Shown here: in pieces, positions 9,682 to 20,544 of the stretch
How the letters are laid out: each line of letters begins with the position of its first letter
Numbering within the stretch: position 1 is the stretch's first letter
DNA from: Promethearchaeota archaeon Loki_b31
GTDB taxonomy: Archaea; Asgardarchaeota; Lokiarchaeia; Sigyniarchaeales; SOKP01
Assembly (NCBI GenBank): GCA_005222975.1
Contig: NJBI01000001.1
Location: 91,531-155,530 of the forward strand
Length of the DNA stretch: 64,000 nt
Reading direction: 5' to 3'
Position numbers and translations under genes: made by a program
The notes under the pieces: model-generated
What the model saw: the letters and a program-made list of their open reading frames with translations, nothing else
Database searches by the model: none
Told to the model about the DNA's origin: nothing

Positions 9682-10230
9682 ATGGCAAATATCGAAATAA
9701 TCGATGAAATTAACGAAGGAAATCTTTTTCTTAGGAAGGTTTCTAAAGATGACCTTTCTTTTTTTTATAATAGTCTTAATAATAAAGAGATGACTAATTT
9801 TTTGTCGTTAGGACCGCTAAGATCTTTAGAACATTCAAGAAGATTAATCAAAAATTATCTAAAATCATGGGATAAATATCTTCAATTTAATTATGTTATA
9901 GAATTACGAGATGATAAAAGTAAAAGTAGGATTGGTTCAGCTAGTCTCTGGAATATAAGTTGGTTTCATAATCGTTCTGGTGTTGGAATATGGATTCTTC
10001 CAGAATATTGGGAGAAAGGATTAGGTAAACGAGTAATAAAATTACTTAAAAATATTGCTTTTAACCATTTAAATCTAAATAGGATCGAAGCACATATCGC
10101 TGTTAAAAATGAAAGGTCCATCAAAATGTTTAAAAACTCTAACTTCGAAGAGGAAGGAATACTAAGAAAATATCTTAATATTAACGGTAAATTTTATGAT
10201 GCTTTGATACTTTCTTCTTTTAAAATTTAA
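9682..10230 (+). CDS. GNAT N-acetyltransferase (RimJ/RimL family)
   Basis: GIWILPEYWEKGLG, LNRIEA...NERSIKMF...FEEEGILR. Confidence 0.9.
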   Translation: MANIEIIDEINEGNLFLRKVSKDDLSFFYNSLNNKEMTNFLSLGPLRSLEHSRRLIKNYLKSWDKYLQFNYVIELRDDKSKSRIGSASLWNISWFHNRSGVGIWILPEYWEKGLGKRVIKLLKNIAFNHLNLNRIEAHIAVKNERSIKMFKNSNFEEEGILRKYLNINGKFYDALILSSFKI

Positions 10231-10673
10231 AAAACTCCAGGACTTATTACAAAATTTCTCAAAAGTCCTTTAGGTTTTATCATATCATTAATATCCTTAG
10301 AGAAACTTTTAAAAGGAGCAACATTTCCGTTAAAATTCATCAATTCGCTTTTAAATTTAACAAAGAAATTATCAAAGATTTTAACAGCAATATTGTCGAT
10401 TGACTTTTTTTTCAGCTTTTTATTATCGACTTTACTATCACATTTTAAAATCAGATGAAAATTAGTTCTAGGATGCGTTTTAAAATAAAATACGCTTCTT
10501 TTCATTTTTAAAGTGGTTAAACTCTCTTTGAACCCGTATTTGGTAAATCGGCAAATCTGGTCGAAATAGCTACCAATTAATTGATAATTATTATCCTCAT
10601 TTGAACTACCGCTAAAGTTATGGTAAAATATGGGAATGCCCGTGTTATTAAGAATAATAATCTCTTGGATCAA
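10227..10673 (-). CDS. Longin/roadblock-like domain protein (Asgard eukaryotic-signature type)
   Basis: IIILNNTGIPIFYHNF N-terminal hairpin, LIGSYFDQI..F helix, C-terminal FNGNVAPFKSF. Confidence 0.65.
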   Translation of the reverse strand: MIQEIIILNNTGIPIFYHNFSGSSNEDNNYQLIGSYFDQICRFTKYGFKESLTTLKMKRSVFYFKTHPRTNFHLILKCDSKVDNKKLKKKSIDNIAVKIFDNFFVKFKSELMNFNGNVAPFKSFSKDINDMIKPKGLLRNFVISPGVF

Positions 10674-10778
10674 TATTAATCCAAAAATTAAATTGATTTT
10701 ATACTATTTAATACCTTCGTTAAAAAATTATAAACCGTTTGATATTAATTAAACTGGTTATTAAGAAGAGAATAAAAA

Positions 10779-11747
10779 CTATTTTTTTTTAAAAACAGCT
10801 TTTAATTGGCTCAATATTTCTTTAAATATTTCAAGAGCTCCAGAATAATCGTCATATTTCAAGGCTTCGATACCTTGGATGTTTAAATTGTTAACCTTAG
10901 TTTTTAATTCTTCGCTTTTGGAAACTTCCCTTATCTTATTTTCAATAATATCAATATATTCAGTATATTTCTCTAAATAATGATTTTTACCAATAAATCT
11001 TGAAATTTTAATAATTTTCTTAATATTGTTTATTGCTTGCTCAAATTGATTTTGAGAAACATTTTGTTTAATTTCGCTTTCTAAATCTTTTAAATCTTCT
11101 TCTAATTTAAGATATTTATCCTCAGCATCAATTAAACTTTTCATTTTTATTTTTAATTTCTGTTGATAATCTAAGAAATCTCCTTTTTGCAAAAATTCTA
11201 TCTTAGAGTTAAGTATTTGTTTTGCCTTATCAAATTCGTAATTATCTATTAATCTTGAAACTTCTGCCAATGAATGTTCAATGTCTTCATTGATATCAAT
11301 TTTTTTTTTTAATTCTAAAAATATTGCTTCGGAAGTTTCCCACATTTTCAGCGTTTCGGTATCTTTAAGCTTTTTCAGAAGAGTTTTTGCTTGTTCTAAT
11401 GTTTCTTCTGCTAATGTGATATTATTAGTACTGATATAGCTATTAAACTGGATTTCTAATGGTTCAAGTTGTTTTTTTAGAGTATTTTGTTGTTTTTCAA
11501 TTTCAATAATTTTATTATTTTCTTTAACTTTTTTATAAAGGTCTGCAATGAACTCTCCTTCCTCCCTTACAATAGAATATAATTTAGCATCTTCAGCTAT
11601 TTCCATTATTTCTTCTGCTATTTTTATTGCGTCATCAAATTTACCCATTAAATAGTGGTTATTCGCTATTACTTTTAACTCATCAATTTTAGATAAAACT
11701 ACTATTTTTTTCTTATTATTAGTTTCTTTGTCTGAGTTTAAATCCAA
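10779..11747 (-). CDS. All-helical TPR/MIT-like repeat and coiled-coil protein
   Basis: Repeated FDDAIKIAEEI / FDKAKQILN / FEQAINNIKKI / YSGALEIFKEI helices; similar to the C-terminal part of the adjacent gelsolin protein. Confidence 0.6.
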   Translation of the reverse strand: MDLNSDKETNNKKKIVVLSKIDELKVIANNHYLMGKFDDAIKIAEEIMEIAEDAKLYSIVREEGEFIADLYKKVKENNKIIEIEKQQNTLKKQLEPLEIQFNSYISTNNITLAEETLEQAKTLLKKLKDTETLKMWETSEAIFLELKKKIDINEDIEHSLAEVSRLIDNYEFDKAKQILNSKIEFLQKGDFLDYQQKLKIKMKSLIDAEDKYLKLEEDLKDLESEIKQNVSQNQFEQAINNIKKIIKISRFIGKNHYLEKYTEYIDIIENKIREVSKSEELKTKVNNLNIQGIEALKYDDYSGALEIFKEILSQLKAVFKKK

Positions 11748-11749
11748 TA

Positions 11750-12811
11750 CTATGCACCCGTCAAAGTTTTATTCTTAAATTCTAATTTTTTGATAATTTT
11801 TTCAAAGATTTCTATAGCTTTAGATTTTTCACCTTTTTCCAAATTATTAAGGGCTTCCATACTTACTTGAGCTATTTCACTAACTGTTTCTTTTTTTGCT
11901 TCATTATATTGGGTTTCAAATTGTTTCAAACTATTTAAAACATCATCATCAAATAAATTCTTAATCTCAGCTTTAATTTTTCCAAAAAATTCTTTTGCTT
12001 GCTTTAAATTACCTTTATTGGGACCTGTTTTAAACGAATTATAGAATTCATCAATTTCCTTTTTTATTTTTTCTTGTTCGATTTTCAAACTATATATCAT
12101 GTTTTCATCTTTTAATATTAGTTGCTGGGCTAAGGGAATTGAAGAAATGTTGTATTCATCTTCGTATTTTTTTTTGAAATCATCTACTAGGCTATGTGCC
12201 TCTCGATAATTCTCTACCTCCACTAACTGGTTAAAATTTTTAATTCCTTCCCTACTTTGATGTTCTATTTGGTGAAGAATTTCACTAGCGCTCTCTCTCG
12301 ATTGAGCTTCGTTGATAAAGTTGATTTGATCTTGCTCAAGAGAAACATCGTCTATATCCTTGGCAAGGTTAACAATTTTCTGAGCAGCATTAATTGCCAT
12401 ATCGTAATTTTCTGAAATGAAATACTTATCTACCTTTTCTTTTAACCTGTTTATTTCAGAAAGAATTGGTAACAAATTAGTCTCTAGCTTTTTAATTCTA
12501 ACTTTCAGGACCTCTTCTGTAATCCCAATAACATTTAAAAATTCCGCAGGTTCTAATCCTGATTCGATTGTAATGTTTCTTAAAATCTTTAATTCCGGAT
12601 ACTCACTTGAAATAGCTCCCCGTATTTGTGGGATAAGTTTTTTCAAGCTTTGCGAGACTTTTTTCCCAATCCAAATATACACTAATCTTTGATTTGGCAC
12701 GTAAAATGTTAAGATATCAAACAGAGTAAAGCTAAGGAGTATTTTCTCTTCTGAAATTTCCTTAAAGGTTCCAGAATAATTTAACTTAAAAATTTTAATA
12801 TTAGAACTCAT
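11750..12811 (-). CDS. Gelsolin-homology domain protein with helical repeats
   Basis: IFKL..., VYIWIGKKVS and ITIESGLEPAEFL match the gelsolin-domain signature (yiWiG...; v.qG.Ep..F). Confidence 0.72.
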   Translation of the reverse strand: MSSNIKIFKLNYSGTFKEISEEKILLSFTLFDILTFYVPNQRLVYIWIGKKVSQSLKKLIPQIRGAISSEYPELKILRNITIESGLEPAEFLNVIGITEEVLKVRIKKLETNLLPILSEINRLKEKVDKYFISENYDMAINAAQKIVNLAKDIDDVSLEQDQINFINEAQSRESASEILHQIEHQSREGIKNFNQLVEVENYREAHSLVDDFKKKYEDEYNISSIPLAQQLILKDENMIYSLKIEQEKIKKEIDEFYNSFKTGPNKGNLKQAKEFFGKIKAEIKNLFDDDVLNSLKQFETQYNEAKKETVSEIAQVSMEALNNLEKGEKSKAIEIFEKIIKKLEFKNKTLTGA

Positions 12812-12942
12812 CTATACAATCATTAAGTTATGATAATATTTCAATTTTCTTTAGTATAAATTAAAATTATAATGTCCAATAAATATTTTAAGTTATCATA
12901 AGTGAAAAAAAAAAAAATGAAAAATAAAAAATTGATTAACTT

Positions 12943-15900
12943 TTAATTCTTAGAACTTTCAACGGGTTTCTTTATAATCTGTTTTGGTTTAGTAATTTGT
13001 TCTACGGGTCTTCCTTTCAATAATTTGGATGTCTTATTTAATTCACTTTGGTATTCAACACTGAAAGCTTTTTCTCTCTCCGTTATATCAATTCTTGGAT
13101 TTTTTGTTTTTCCAAGTGTTTTAGAAAATTTTCTAACTTTTCTAACTGGTTTGGGATATTTCAAATATTTTTGGTAAGCGTAAATGTAACCTCCAATTAT
13201 TATAGCCGCTGAAGTTATAGCAATTATCATGATTAAAATCAGTAATGCTTCTTCTGCGGGTGTAATAGCACTCACCGTTATCTCAAAGTTTTCAAATTCA
13301 TAATTATCTCCGTAATAGGCGGTAATAGTAATTTTAATAGTACCTTCAGGTATATTTTCAAAAACTATCTCATATATTCCATCATTGTCTGGATCCACAA
13401 GAAAACCATGTCCAAGAGCACCACTATATGACACAATTGCGCCTTTTATTGTTCCTCCAAAATCTAAATCATATAATACGACTTTTATTGTTACTGCATC
13501 TCCGGGATGAACCGATATTTTTGAGATTCCATCCTCCGTGGTAATATTCGTATAAATTCGTCTGATGTCGATTCTGAGATCGTTAGTCTGAAGTATGTAA
13601 TTTTCTTTTTCTGCAGAAACTGCTATGATTCTTATCCCAATATCTAAAATGCTTGAATTGAATGTATAAGAATATTGTTTTAATGTTTTATCTTCAGTTA
13701 AACTATTTGATATCGCTCCAAATAAAGTAACTGTGGCATTTTCAATGTGATTACCACCTAAGTCAGTATATCTTACAGTTATGTTTAAGAGTTTACCGAT
13801 AGCAATATCAGTAGATGGATCAATAGTCATATTTATGCCATTTAGGTAAATTTCTAATAGCGTTCTCCTTTCAGTCACCTCCGTAATAAAGCGAATCGAT
13901 TTAGGGTTATAATTAGTCAAATTAGCAAAAATTGATAAATAATCAATCCCTAAACCTAATTCAGAAGCATTCAACAAAAAACTATATTGACCAAGGATGG
14001 GTTTTTCTACGAACGACTCGGAAAGTCCCCCTCCAGCTAACTTTATTGTCGCTCCACCTAAATGATTAGAAGAGGCATCTTTATAAGTGACTGTAATATT
14101 TAATTTTTGCCAAAATTCAATTGAAACTACATCGTCTTCATATTTTTCAGTGCCATTTATAAATAATTCTAAAAATGACGCTTTTTCAGTTATAAAAATC
14201 CTAATTGGAATAGATTGTGGTTGGTACATGTTAGCTTTAACTGTAATTATCATTGAATATAGCTTATCTGGCTGGTATCCTGGACCAGAAGCATTACAAG
14301 TGAGCGTATACACACCTTGAGTAACCATAACAAAGTGCTGTTCACCTGCCCAATTTGTCGAAAGATTATTTGTTTCAATTCCAATACCACTATATATTTC
14401 AGTATAATTAAATTGAATTGTAAAATTCTGCTCGAAAGGAACGCCAGTAAAATAGTCATTATCAACTGTAAGAATTGTATTTTTGATGATGCTAATTGTA
14501 ATGTTTGCTTCACTACTTACAAAAGCAGGCGAATTTGCATAGATCGTCAATGTATTATTGCCCGCATTTGGAGCTCCAGTAACATTAAATTCAAGAAAGT
14601 AATAACCTGGACTTATTTCATTAAAATATTGGATTATTGAAGGGTGAGTAAAATTATAAGTATAAATAATCGCATTTTCGATCGCATCAAAGTTTTCTAA
14701 ATCGTTGAATGATACTCTTAAATTTAATACTGAACCATCAATTATATCCTCATAAAAGCTGATGTCTGGTATAAGCTCAGAATCGTGCCTAACGCTAAAT
14801 TTTTTATAAATAATCCCTGTTTCGTTCAAACCATAAATTGAGTAAGAATTATTCCACGTTATAATTGCTTCATATTCTCCAACTTCATAATTAGGTGGTA
14901 CCGAGGGAATTTGAAACGCATTGAAATGAACATAACCATTAGAGTCAACTGAAGCAAATTGACTTTGACCAGACCATAAAGTGCCATTCGGAAACCTAAT
15001 TTGGAGAAATGCTTTTGTATTTTGAATGTAGCTTGAAACCTCTAGAGAATTTGTAATTTTTGCTGTAATATTAATATAATCGCCGCTTAAGAAGTTGTCA
15101 TTTCGAACCCAGGTTCCCGTCGCGTTATTAAAGATCGTTAAATCTTCGCAATAGTTAGGTGAAATCGCTTCAAACTTCCAAAATCCGTCTGGATTAGTAG
15201 AAATTATATCTACTGGTATCACTAATCTTCCGGGTAAAGAATTATCGCATAAGATTAATATATTGGAAGAAGGATTTTCAGGTTCAAAAACAGCGGTAAT
15301 AACAACATCAGTAGGGAATTCAAGCAGCATTTCTGATTCTGAATATCCCGTTGGAATAGCAATAAATCCATAACTCTCCCAATTCACAGAACTTACATTA
15401 TTTACAGAAAAGATAGTTCCTAAAGAATCAGCATAAGTTTCGTAATTTGTTTCGGGCGCATTCTTTATCCCGTATAGATTTAAATTACTCCTCAAGTTGA
15501 TGTCGTAATTTCCTAATTCTCCTACATCAGTACTGCTGAAATTTGCAAAAACTTTAGTAGATTCCCAATCTCCTTCAATTTCAACAGTTCCGCGACCCCA
15601 GTCAATATCTTGTACAATTGTCTGGTTCATATTTAACTCAATATAGGATGGAAGAACTTTAGCTTCAACAATTAGTTCTACATTATCAACATATATCCTT
15701 TGATAATCGTCGTTAGCAAAACCAGAAAAGTTTCCCCCTCCTACACATTCTAAAACAAGATTTATATCAAGTATAGAATTGTTTAAAGGCTCATTTGGAA
15801 AAATATTAGATGAATTAGTCCAAATATTTTGAGGAATAGTAAAACTGTGCCATGTATTTACTCCATACTGTAATAGTGTGTAAGTACCTATAGAATAAAC

Positions 15901-16644
15901 TCTTTTAGCATTTAAATATATAGAAAATGCCCATGAATTAAATTGAGCCAAATGATTTGGATAGAGATCAAATTTTAGATTACTATCTATCATTTTTCCA
16001 CGTGGTATTTGTAAAGAACTGCTCCACCAACATTTATCATCAGGATCATATGTGCTCCATGGAGGTACAACCGTTTCGTCGTCATCCATTCTTAATTCTA
16101 AACAATCGTGTCCTCCAATATTCGATAAATAATTACCGCTCATAGGATTAGTACCGAGACCTGTATCATTATATTCAAAAGTCCAGTTTTGATAATTATT
16201 ATGAATCCATGTAGTGTCGTTTTCACCAGCATTAGCCGTACCGTTATCAGCACCATAGTTGAAAGTAGCATTATTCCAATTTCGCTCGTCAACCAATCCC
16301 TCTATTTCTGCGCTCATTTTATACCCTTTCCAACCACTACCTAAAGGTATATCAACCATGCCATAATCCCCTTCAGTAAAGCTTACCAGTAGGTCGTAAT
16401 CCGTTCTGTTTGCCAAGTGAGTTAAGTTCCAAGGTGCACCAATCCCACTATGTATATTATCAAAAGATAGATCTTGCCCATTTAACATGTTTTCAAGATT
16501 AAAATCGTCTTTTTGAATATTTTTAGCATCAGTATGAATCAGCGAATCAAAGGAAAGTTTAGAAAAGTCAAGAATTAAAAGTAGAATTAATATTGACCCA
16601 ATTATAACCAAGCGATGATATTTTTTCTGAGTTTTTATCCTCAT
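12943..16644 (-). CDS. Large surface glycoprotein, long class (P1): beta-rich/Ig-like repeats, C-terminal TM, conserved basic tail
   Basis: N-terminal signal/TM, many NxS/T sequons, repeated NITV.Y.D beta units, TM followed by YPKPVRKVRKF. Confidence 0.8.
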   Translation of the reverse strand: MRIKTQKKYHRLVIIGSILILLLILDFSKLSFDSLIHTDAKNIQKDDFNLENMLNGQDLSFDNIHSGIGAPWNLTHLANRTDYDLLVSFTEGDYGMVDIPLGSGWKGYKMSAEIEGLVDERNWNNATFNYGADNGTANAGENDTTWIHNNYQNWTFEYNDTGLGTNPMSGNYLSNIGGHDCLELRMDDDETVVPPWSTYDPDDKCWWSSSLQIPRGKMIDSNLKFDLYPNHLAQFNSWAFSIYLNAKRVYSIGTYTLLQYGVNTWHSFTIPQNIWTNSSNIFPNEPLNNSILDINLVLECVGGGNFSGFANDDYQRIYVDNVELIVEAKVLPSYIELNMNQTIVQDIDWGRGTVEIEGDWESTKVFANFSSTDVGELGNYDINLRSNLNLYGIKNAPETNYETYADSLGTIFSVNNVSSVNWESYGFIAIPTGYSESEMLLEFPTDVVITAVFEPENPSSNILILCDNSLPGRLVIPVDIISTNPDGFWKFEAISPNYCEDLTIFNNATGTWVRNDNFLSGDYINITAKITNSLEVSSYIQNTKAFLQIRFPNGTLWSGQSQFASVDSNGYVHFNAFQIPSVPPNYEVGEYEAIITWNNSYSIYGLNETGIIYKKFSVRHDSELIPDISFYEDIIDGSVLNLRVSFNDLENFDAIENAIIYTYNFTHPSIIQYFNEISPGYYFLEFNVTGAPNAGNNTLTIYANSPAFVSSEANITISIIKNTILTVDNDYFTGVPFEQNFTIQFNYTEIYSGIGIETNNLSTNWAGEQHFVMVTQGVYTLTCNASGPGYQPDKLYSMIITVKANMYQPQSIPIRIFITEKASFLELFINGTEKYEDDVVSIEFWQKLNITVTYKDASSNHLGGATIKLAGGGLSESFVEKPILGQYSFLLNASELGLGIDYLSIFANLTNYNPKSIRFITEVTERRTLLEIYLNGINMTIDPSTDIAIGKLLNITVRYTDLGGNHIENATVTLFGAISNSLTEDKTLKQYSYTFNSSILDIGIRIIAVSAEKENYILQTNDLRIDIRRIYTNITTEDGISKISVHPGDAVTIKVVLYDLDFGGTIKGAIVSYSGALGHGFLVDPDNDGIYEIVFENIPEGTIKITITAYYGDNYEFENFEITVSAITPAEEALLILIMIIAITSAAIIIGGYIYAYQKYLKYPKPVRKVRKFSKTLGKTKNPRIDITEREKAFSVEYQSELNKTSKLLKGRPVEQITKPKQIIKKPVESSKN

Positions 16645-16646
16645 CT

Positions 16647-19600
16647 TTATGTATTACCTCCTTCTGTAGGTGTTTTATCAGATTCAATAAATAATTTTTT
16701 CTTGGTAAATTTATCCGTTTGAATGATGCTTTCTGAGGGCTTCCCTTTTAAAAATTTAGAACTTTTACCAATCTCATCTTTAAACCGATTATCGAAAGCT
16801 TTTTTGCGAGGAATGACGCTTATATTTGGCGATTTCGTTTTTCTTAAAGTTCTCCGATATTTTCTAACCTTTCTTATTGGTTTTGGGTATTGTAATACTC
16901 TTTTATATAATATCAGATAACTAACTAATGAAATTACTGTAGTGATAGCTGCGATTAATAGAATTAGAAAGAGTAAAAATTCAAATGGAGGATTTATTAC
17001 CGTAATTGTCACTTCATACCTCTCAAACTCATAATCATCACCCTTAGTGGCAGTGATAGTAATTACATATGATCCAACAGGTACATTCGTTAAATCTATC
17101 TCATATATTCCATCTGAATTAAGATCAATAAGCTCTCCCTCTCCAAATTGCCATCTATATATTACATTTGCATATTTAATAGTTCCTCCAAAAACCTCAT
17201 CAGTCAAAACTACTCGAAGAGGAATGATACTTCCAAATTGAGCCGTTATAATTGATTCACCAGTGACAGTTGAAATATTTGTCTTAATTCTTTGAATATT
17301 TAATCTTAGATTGTCAGTTTGAAGCTGAAAGTTTGCTCTTGTCGCTTCAAGAGTGATTAGTCTAACTCCTATATCTAATTGAGCTGTATTTAAAACATAC
17401 GAATATTGTTCAAATAATAGGTTTTCACTTAATATTCCACTAAAATCGCCAGATAGTTGTAATAAAGCCCCTTGCACATGTTTGTTATCGGCGTCCATAT
17501 ATTTTACAGTGACATTTAATATTTGACCAATAGTAAGACCCTGTGTTGGATCGTCAGTTACATTTATTCCATTAAATAGAATTTGAATGTTAGTCGGTTT
17601 TTCTATAATCTCTGCTATAAATGGTATAGATTGTGGTTCATAATTGACCAATTCAGCAAAAATAATAAGATTATCTATTCCTTGTCCTAAATCAGTAGCG
17701 TCTAAAATAATATCATATTGATTAAAAGAAGGATTTTCGTTTAATTGGTATGAGATAGACTCACCTGTTATATTAATATTTGCTCCACTCAAAGGATTTC
17801 CAAGAATATCTTTATAAAAAACTGTAATATTAAGTTTTTCCCATACATCAACTGTATATATATCATTAGGTTGTATTGCAGTATTATTAATAAATAATTC
17901 CAAAGACGATTTAAGCTCAGTAATAAAAACTTTTATCGCTATAGATTTAGCTTCGTATTCGTAATCATCTACATAAAGATTTAGAGTGTAAAGCTGACCT
18001 GCAATATATCCGATAGTGCTACAAGTTAAGTTATATCTCCCTTGGGCAATTGTGACGAAAGAATAATTTCCTAACCAATCCGTCGAGAGAGAATCAGCAT
18101 CTATTCCTATACTAGATGATTTTTCAGTATAATTGAATTGTATAGTAAAATTCTGTTCAAAGGGAACATTATTTAAAAAATCGTTATCAACTGTAAGCTC
18201 TGTCTCTCTGATAATTCCAATTTTAATAATTACTAGTTTATTCACATAATTAGATGAATTAGCGTATATAGTTAAGGAATTATTACCTAATACCCCCCCA
18301 CCTACGTTAAATTCGAGAAAATAATAACCAGGACTTATTTCGCTAAAATATTGTACTACCGAAGGATGAGTAAAATTAAACACATATACATGAGCATTTA
18401 TTATTGGTTCGCCATTTATTATATCGTAGAAGGATACTTTTAAATTAAAGTTAGAATCCTCTATTATATCCCCATAAAAAAATTCGTCTGGTATAAGCTC
18501 GGAATCGTGAATAATGCTAAATTCTTTATAAATAATTCCTGTTTCGTTCAAACCATAAAAAGAATAAGAGTTATTCCATGTTATAATTGCTTCATATTCT
18601 CCAACTTCATAATTCGGTGGAATTGAGGGTATTTGAAAAGGGTTGAAATAAACATTGCCACTAGAATCAACTGAAGCAAATTGACTATGGTCAGCCCATA
18701 AAGTACCATTAGGAAACCTAATTTGGAGAAAAGCTTTTGTATTTTGAATGTAACTAGATACTTCTGGAGAATTTGTAATTTTCGCTGTAATGTTAATATA
18801 ATCGCCGCTTAAAAAGTATTTACTTTGAATCCAAGCTCCCGTTGCATTGTTATAGATTGCTAAATCTTCGCAATAATTAGGTGAAATAGCTTCAAACTTC
18901 CAAAACCCATCTGGAGTAATGGAGATATCTTTTACAGGTAGGAATAAAACACCTGGAGTCGAGTTATCACACTGGCTAAGAATGTTCAAAGAAGGGTTTT
19001 GAGGATCAAAAACGCCAGTAATAACAACATCAGAGGGAAAATTAATTTTCATATCAGTTTCCTCATACTTCGTAGGTACCTTAACTCGACCATAACATAA
19101 CCAATTAACTGAACTTTCATTATTTACCGAAAACTGAGTTCCAAGAGACCCTTCATTAGTTTCATAATTACTTTCAGGCGTATGTTTTATCGCATAAAGG
19201 TTTAAATTCGTTAAAAGATCGATAGAAAAAGCTCCCAATTGGCCAACATCATCGCTACTAAAATTAGTATATACCTTCCCATCAGCACTCTGCCAATTAC
19301 CATTAATTTCTATTTTTCCTTTCCCCCAACTAATATCTTCCACAATTGTATTATTAATTTTTAATTTTATGTCTGAAGGTTGAGCTTCAGCTTTAGTTAT
19401 TAATTCTACATTATCAATAATGACTTGCTGATAATCTATATTTTCACCATCTTCAAACCCATAACTTGCGCTGGTTGCGGTATACTCTAAAGCGATTTCA
19501 ATATTAATCATTGAATCGTTTAAGAATGTTGTTGAATATACATCAGATGTGTTTATCCAAAGACCCTGAGGAACTGTAAAGTTATGCCACGTATTTTGGC

Positions 19601-20390
19601 CTCGCTGTTTTAATGTAAATAAACCTTCAGAAAAAACTTGAATACCATTTAAAAATACTCTGAACTCCCAAGAGTTAAAACTTATAATGTGAATTGGATT
19701 TACTTGAAACTTTAACCAACTATCAATGACCCTCCCTCTTGGAACATGAAAAGAACTAGACCATGAACACTTATCTCCAGTATCATATCTATAACGATCA
19801 CCACCTGAACCAGAATGCCATGACCCACCCATTCTTAATTCTAAACTATCATGGTTTTGAGTATTAATTGGTGTAATAACATTTTCATCTAAATAATTAC
19901 CAGACATAACATTTGGGTAACCAATAGCATCATTTACCTGAAATGTCCAATTTTGGTAACTATTTGCGATATATAACGAATCATTTGCTCCAGTAGCATA
20001 TGTATTATTATCACCAAAATGAAAAGTACCATTGTTCCAATTTCTTGAATCAAATAAATCATTTATCGAAGCATTTAGACTATATCCAACCCAATCGCTT
20101 TCTAATGGTACGTCTACTATATCATGTGAATCGTTGCCAAATTTTACGGGAAGATTATAATCCGTACGATTTGCCCAATGAGTAATATTCCATGCATCTC
20201 CTATACCATCATACTTATTATCAGAAGTAAGATCGTTATTTTTAGGAATATCTATAATGTTTTCAACTATTTTTCCATTTAAATTATTTGGGATGTAGTT
20301 AACATTTATTATAGCTGTGTTTACTACGAAAATACTTAACAGAGTCAATAACGCGTACAACTTCTTCTTTCTATTTGTTGCTAAATTCAT
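16647..20390 (-). CDS. Large surface glycoprotein, long class (P2), paralog of P1
   Basis: Colinear with P1 over the full length; tail YPKPIRKVRKY. Confidence 0.8.
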   Translation of the reverse strand: MNLATNRKKKLYALLTLLSIFVVNTAIINVNYIPNNLNGKIVENIIDIPKNNDLTSDNKYDGIGDAWNITHWANRTDYNLPVKFGNDSHDIVDVPLESDWVGYSLNASINDLFDSRNWNNGTFHFGDNNTYATGANDSLYIANSYQNWTFQVNDAIGYPNVMSGNYLDENVITPINTQNHDSLELRMGGSWHSGSGGDRYRYDTGDKCSWSSSFHVPRGRVIDSWLKFQVNPIHIISFNSWEFRVFLNGIQVFSEGLFTLKQRGQNTWHNFTVPQGLWINTSDVYSTTFLNDSMINIEIALEYTATSASYGFEDGENIDYQQVIIDNVELITKAEAQPSDIKLKINNTIVEDISWGKGKIEINGNWQSADGKVYTNFSSDDVGQLGAFSIDLLTNLNLYAIKHTPESNYETNEGSLGTQFSVNNESSVNWLCYGRVKVPTKYEETDMKINFPSDVVITGVFDPQNPSLNILSQCDNSTPGVLFLPVKDISITPDGFWKFEAISPNYCEDLAIYNNATGAWIQSKYFLSGDYINITAKITNSPEVSSYIQNTKAFLQIRFPNGTLWADHSQFASVDSSGNVYFNPFQIPSIPPNYEVGEYEAIITWNNSYSFYGLNETGIIYKEFSIIHDSELIPDEFFYGDIIEDSNFNLKVSFYDIINGEPIINAHVYVFNFTHPSVVQYFSEISPGYYFLEFNVGGGVLGNNSLTIYANSSNYVNKLVIIKIGIIRETELTVDNDFLNNVPFEQNFTIQFNYTEKSSSIGIDADSLSTDWLGNYSFVTIAQGRYNLTCSTIGYIAGQLYTLNLYVDDYEYEAKSIAIKVFITELKSSLELFINNTAIQPNDIYTVDVWEKLNITVFYKDILGNPLSGANINITGESISYQLNENPSFNQYDIILDATDLGQGIDNLIIFAELVNYEPQSIPFIAEIIEKPTNIQILFNGINVTDDPTQGLTIGQILNVTVKYMDADNKHVQGALLQLSGDFSGILSENLLFEQYSYVLNTAQLDIGVRLITLEATRANFQLQTDNLRLNIQRIKTNISTVTGESIITAQFGSIIPLRVVLTDEVFGGTIKYANVIYRWQFGEGELIDLNSDGIYEIDLTNVPVGSYVITITATKGDDYEFERYEVTITVINPPFEFLLFLILLIAAITTVISLVSYLILYKRVLQYPKPIRKVRKYRRTLRKTKSPNISVIPRKKAFDNRFKDEIGKSSKFLKGKPSESIIQTDKFTKKKLFIESDKTPTEGGNT

Positions 20391-20544
20391 ATTCTTTATA
20401 CCTTTTTTTAATTTTAAAAATGATTAATAAAAGATGTCAATATTAATAATTAGTAAAATTATTCTTTTAAATTAATTTACTAATGTTTAGTCGAAATAAT
20501 AAATAATGCAAAAAATAGTTAAAATAAAATATTCTAGAAATTTA

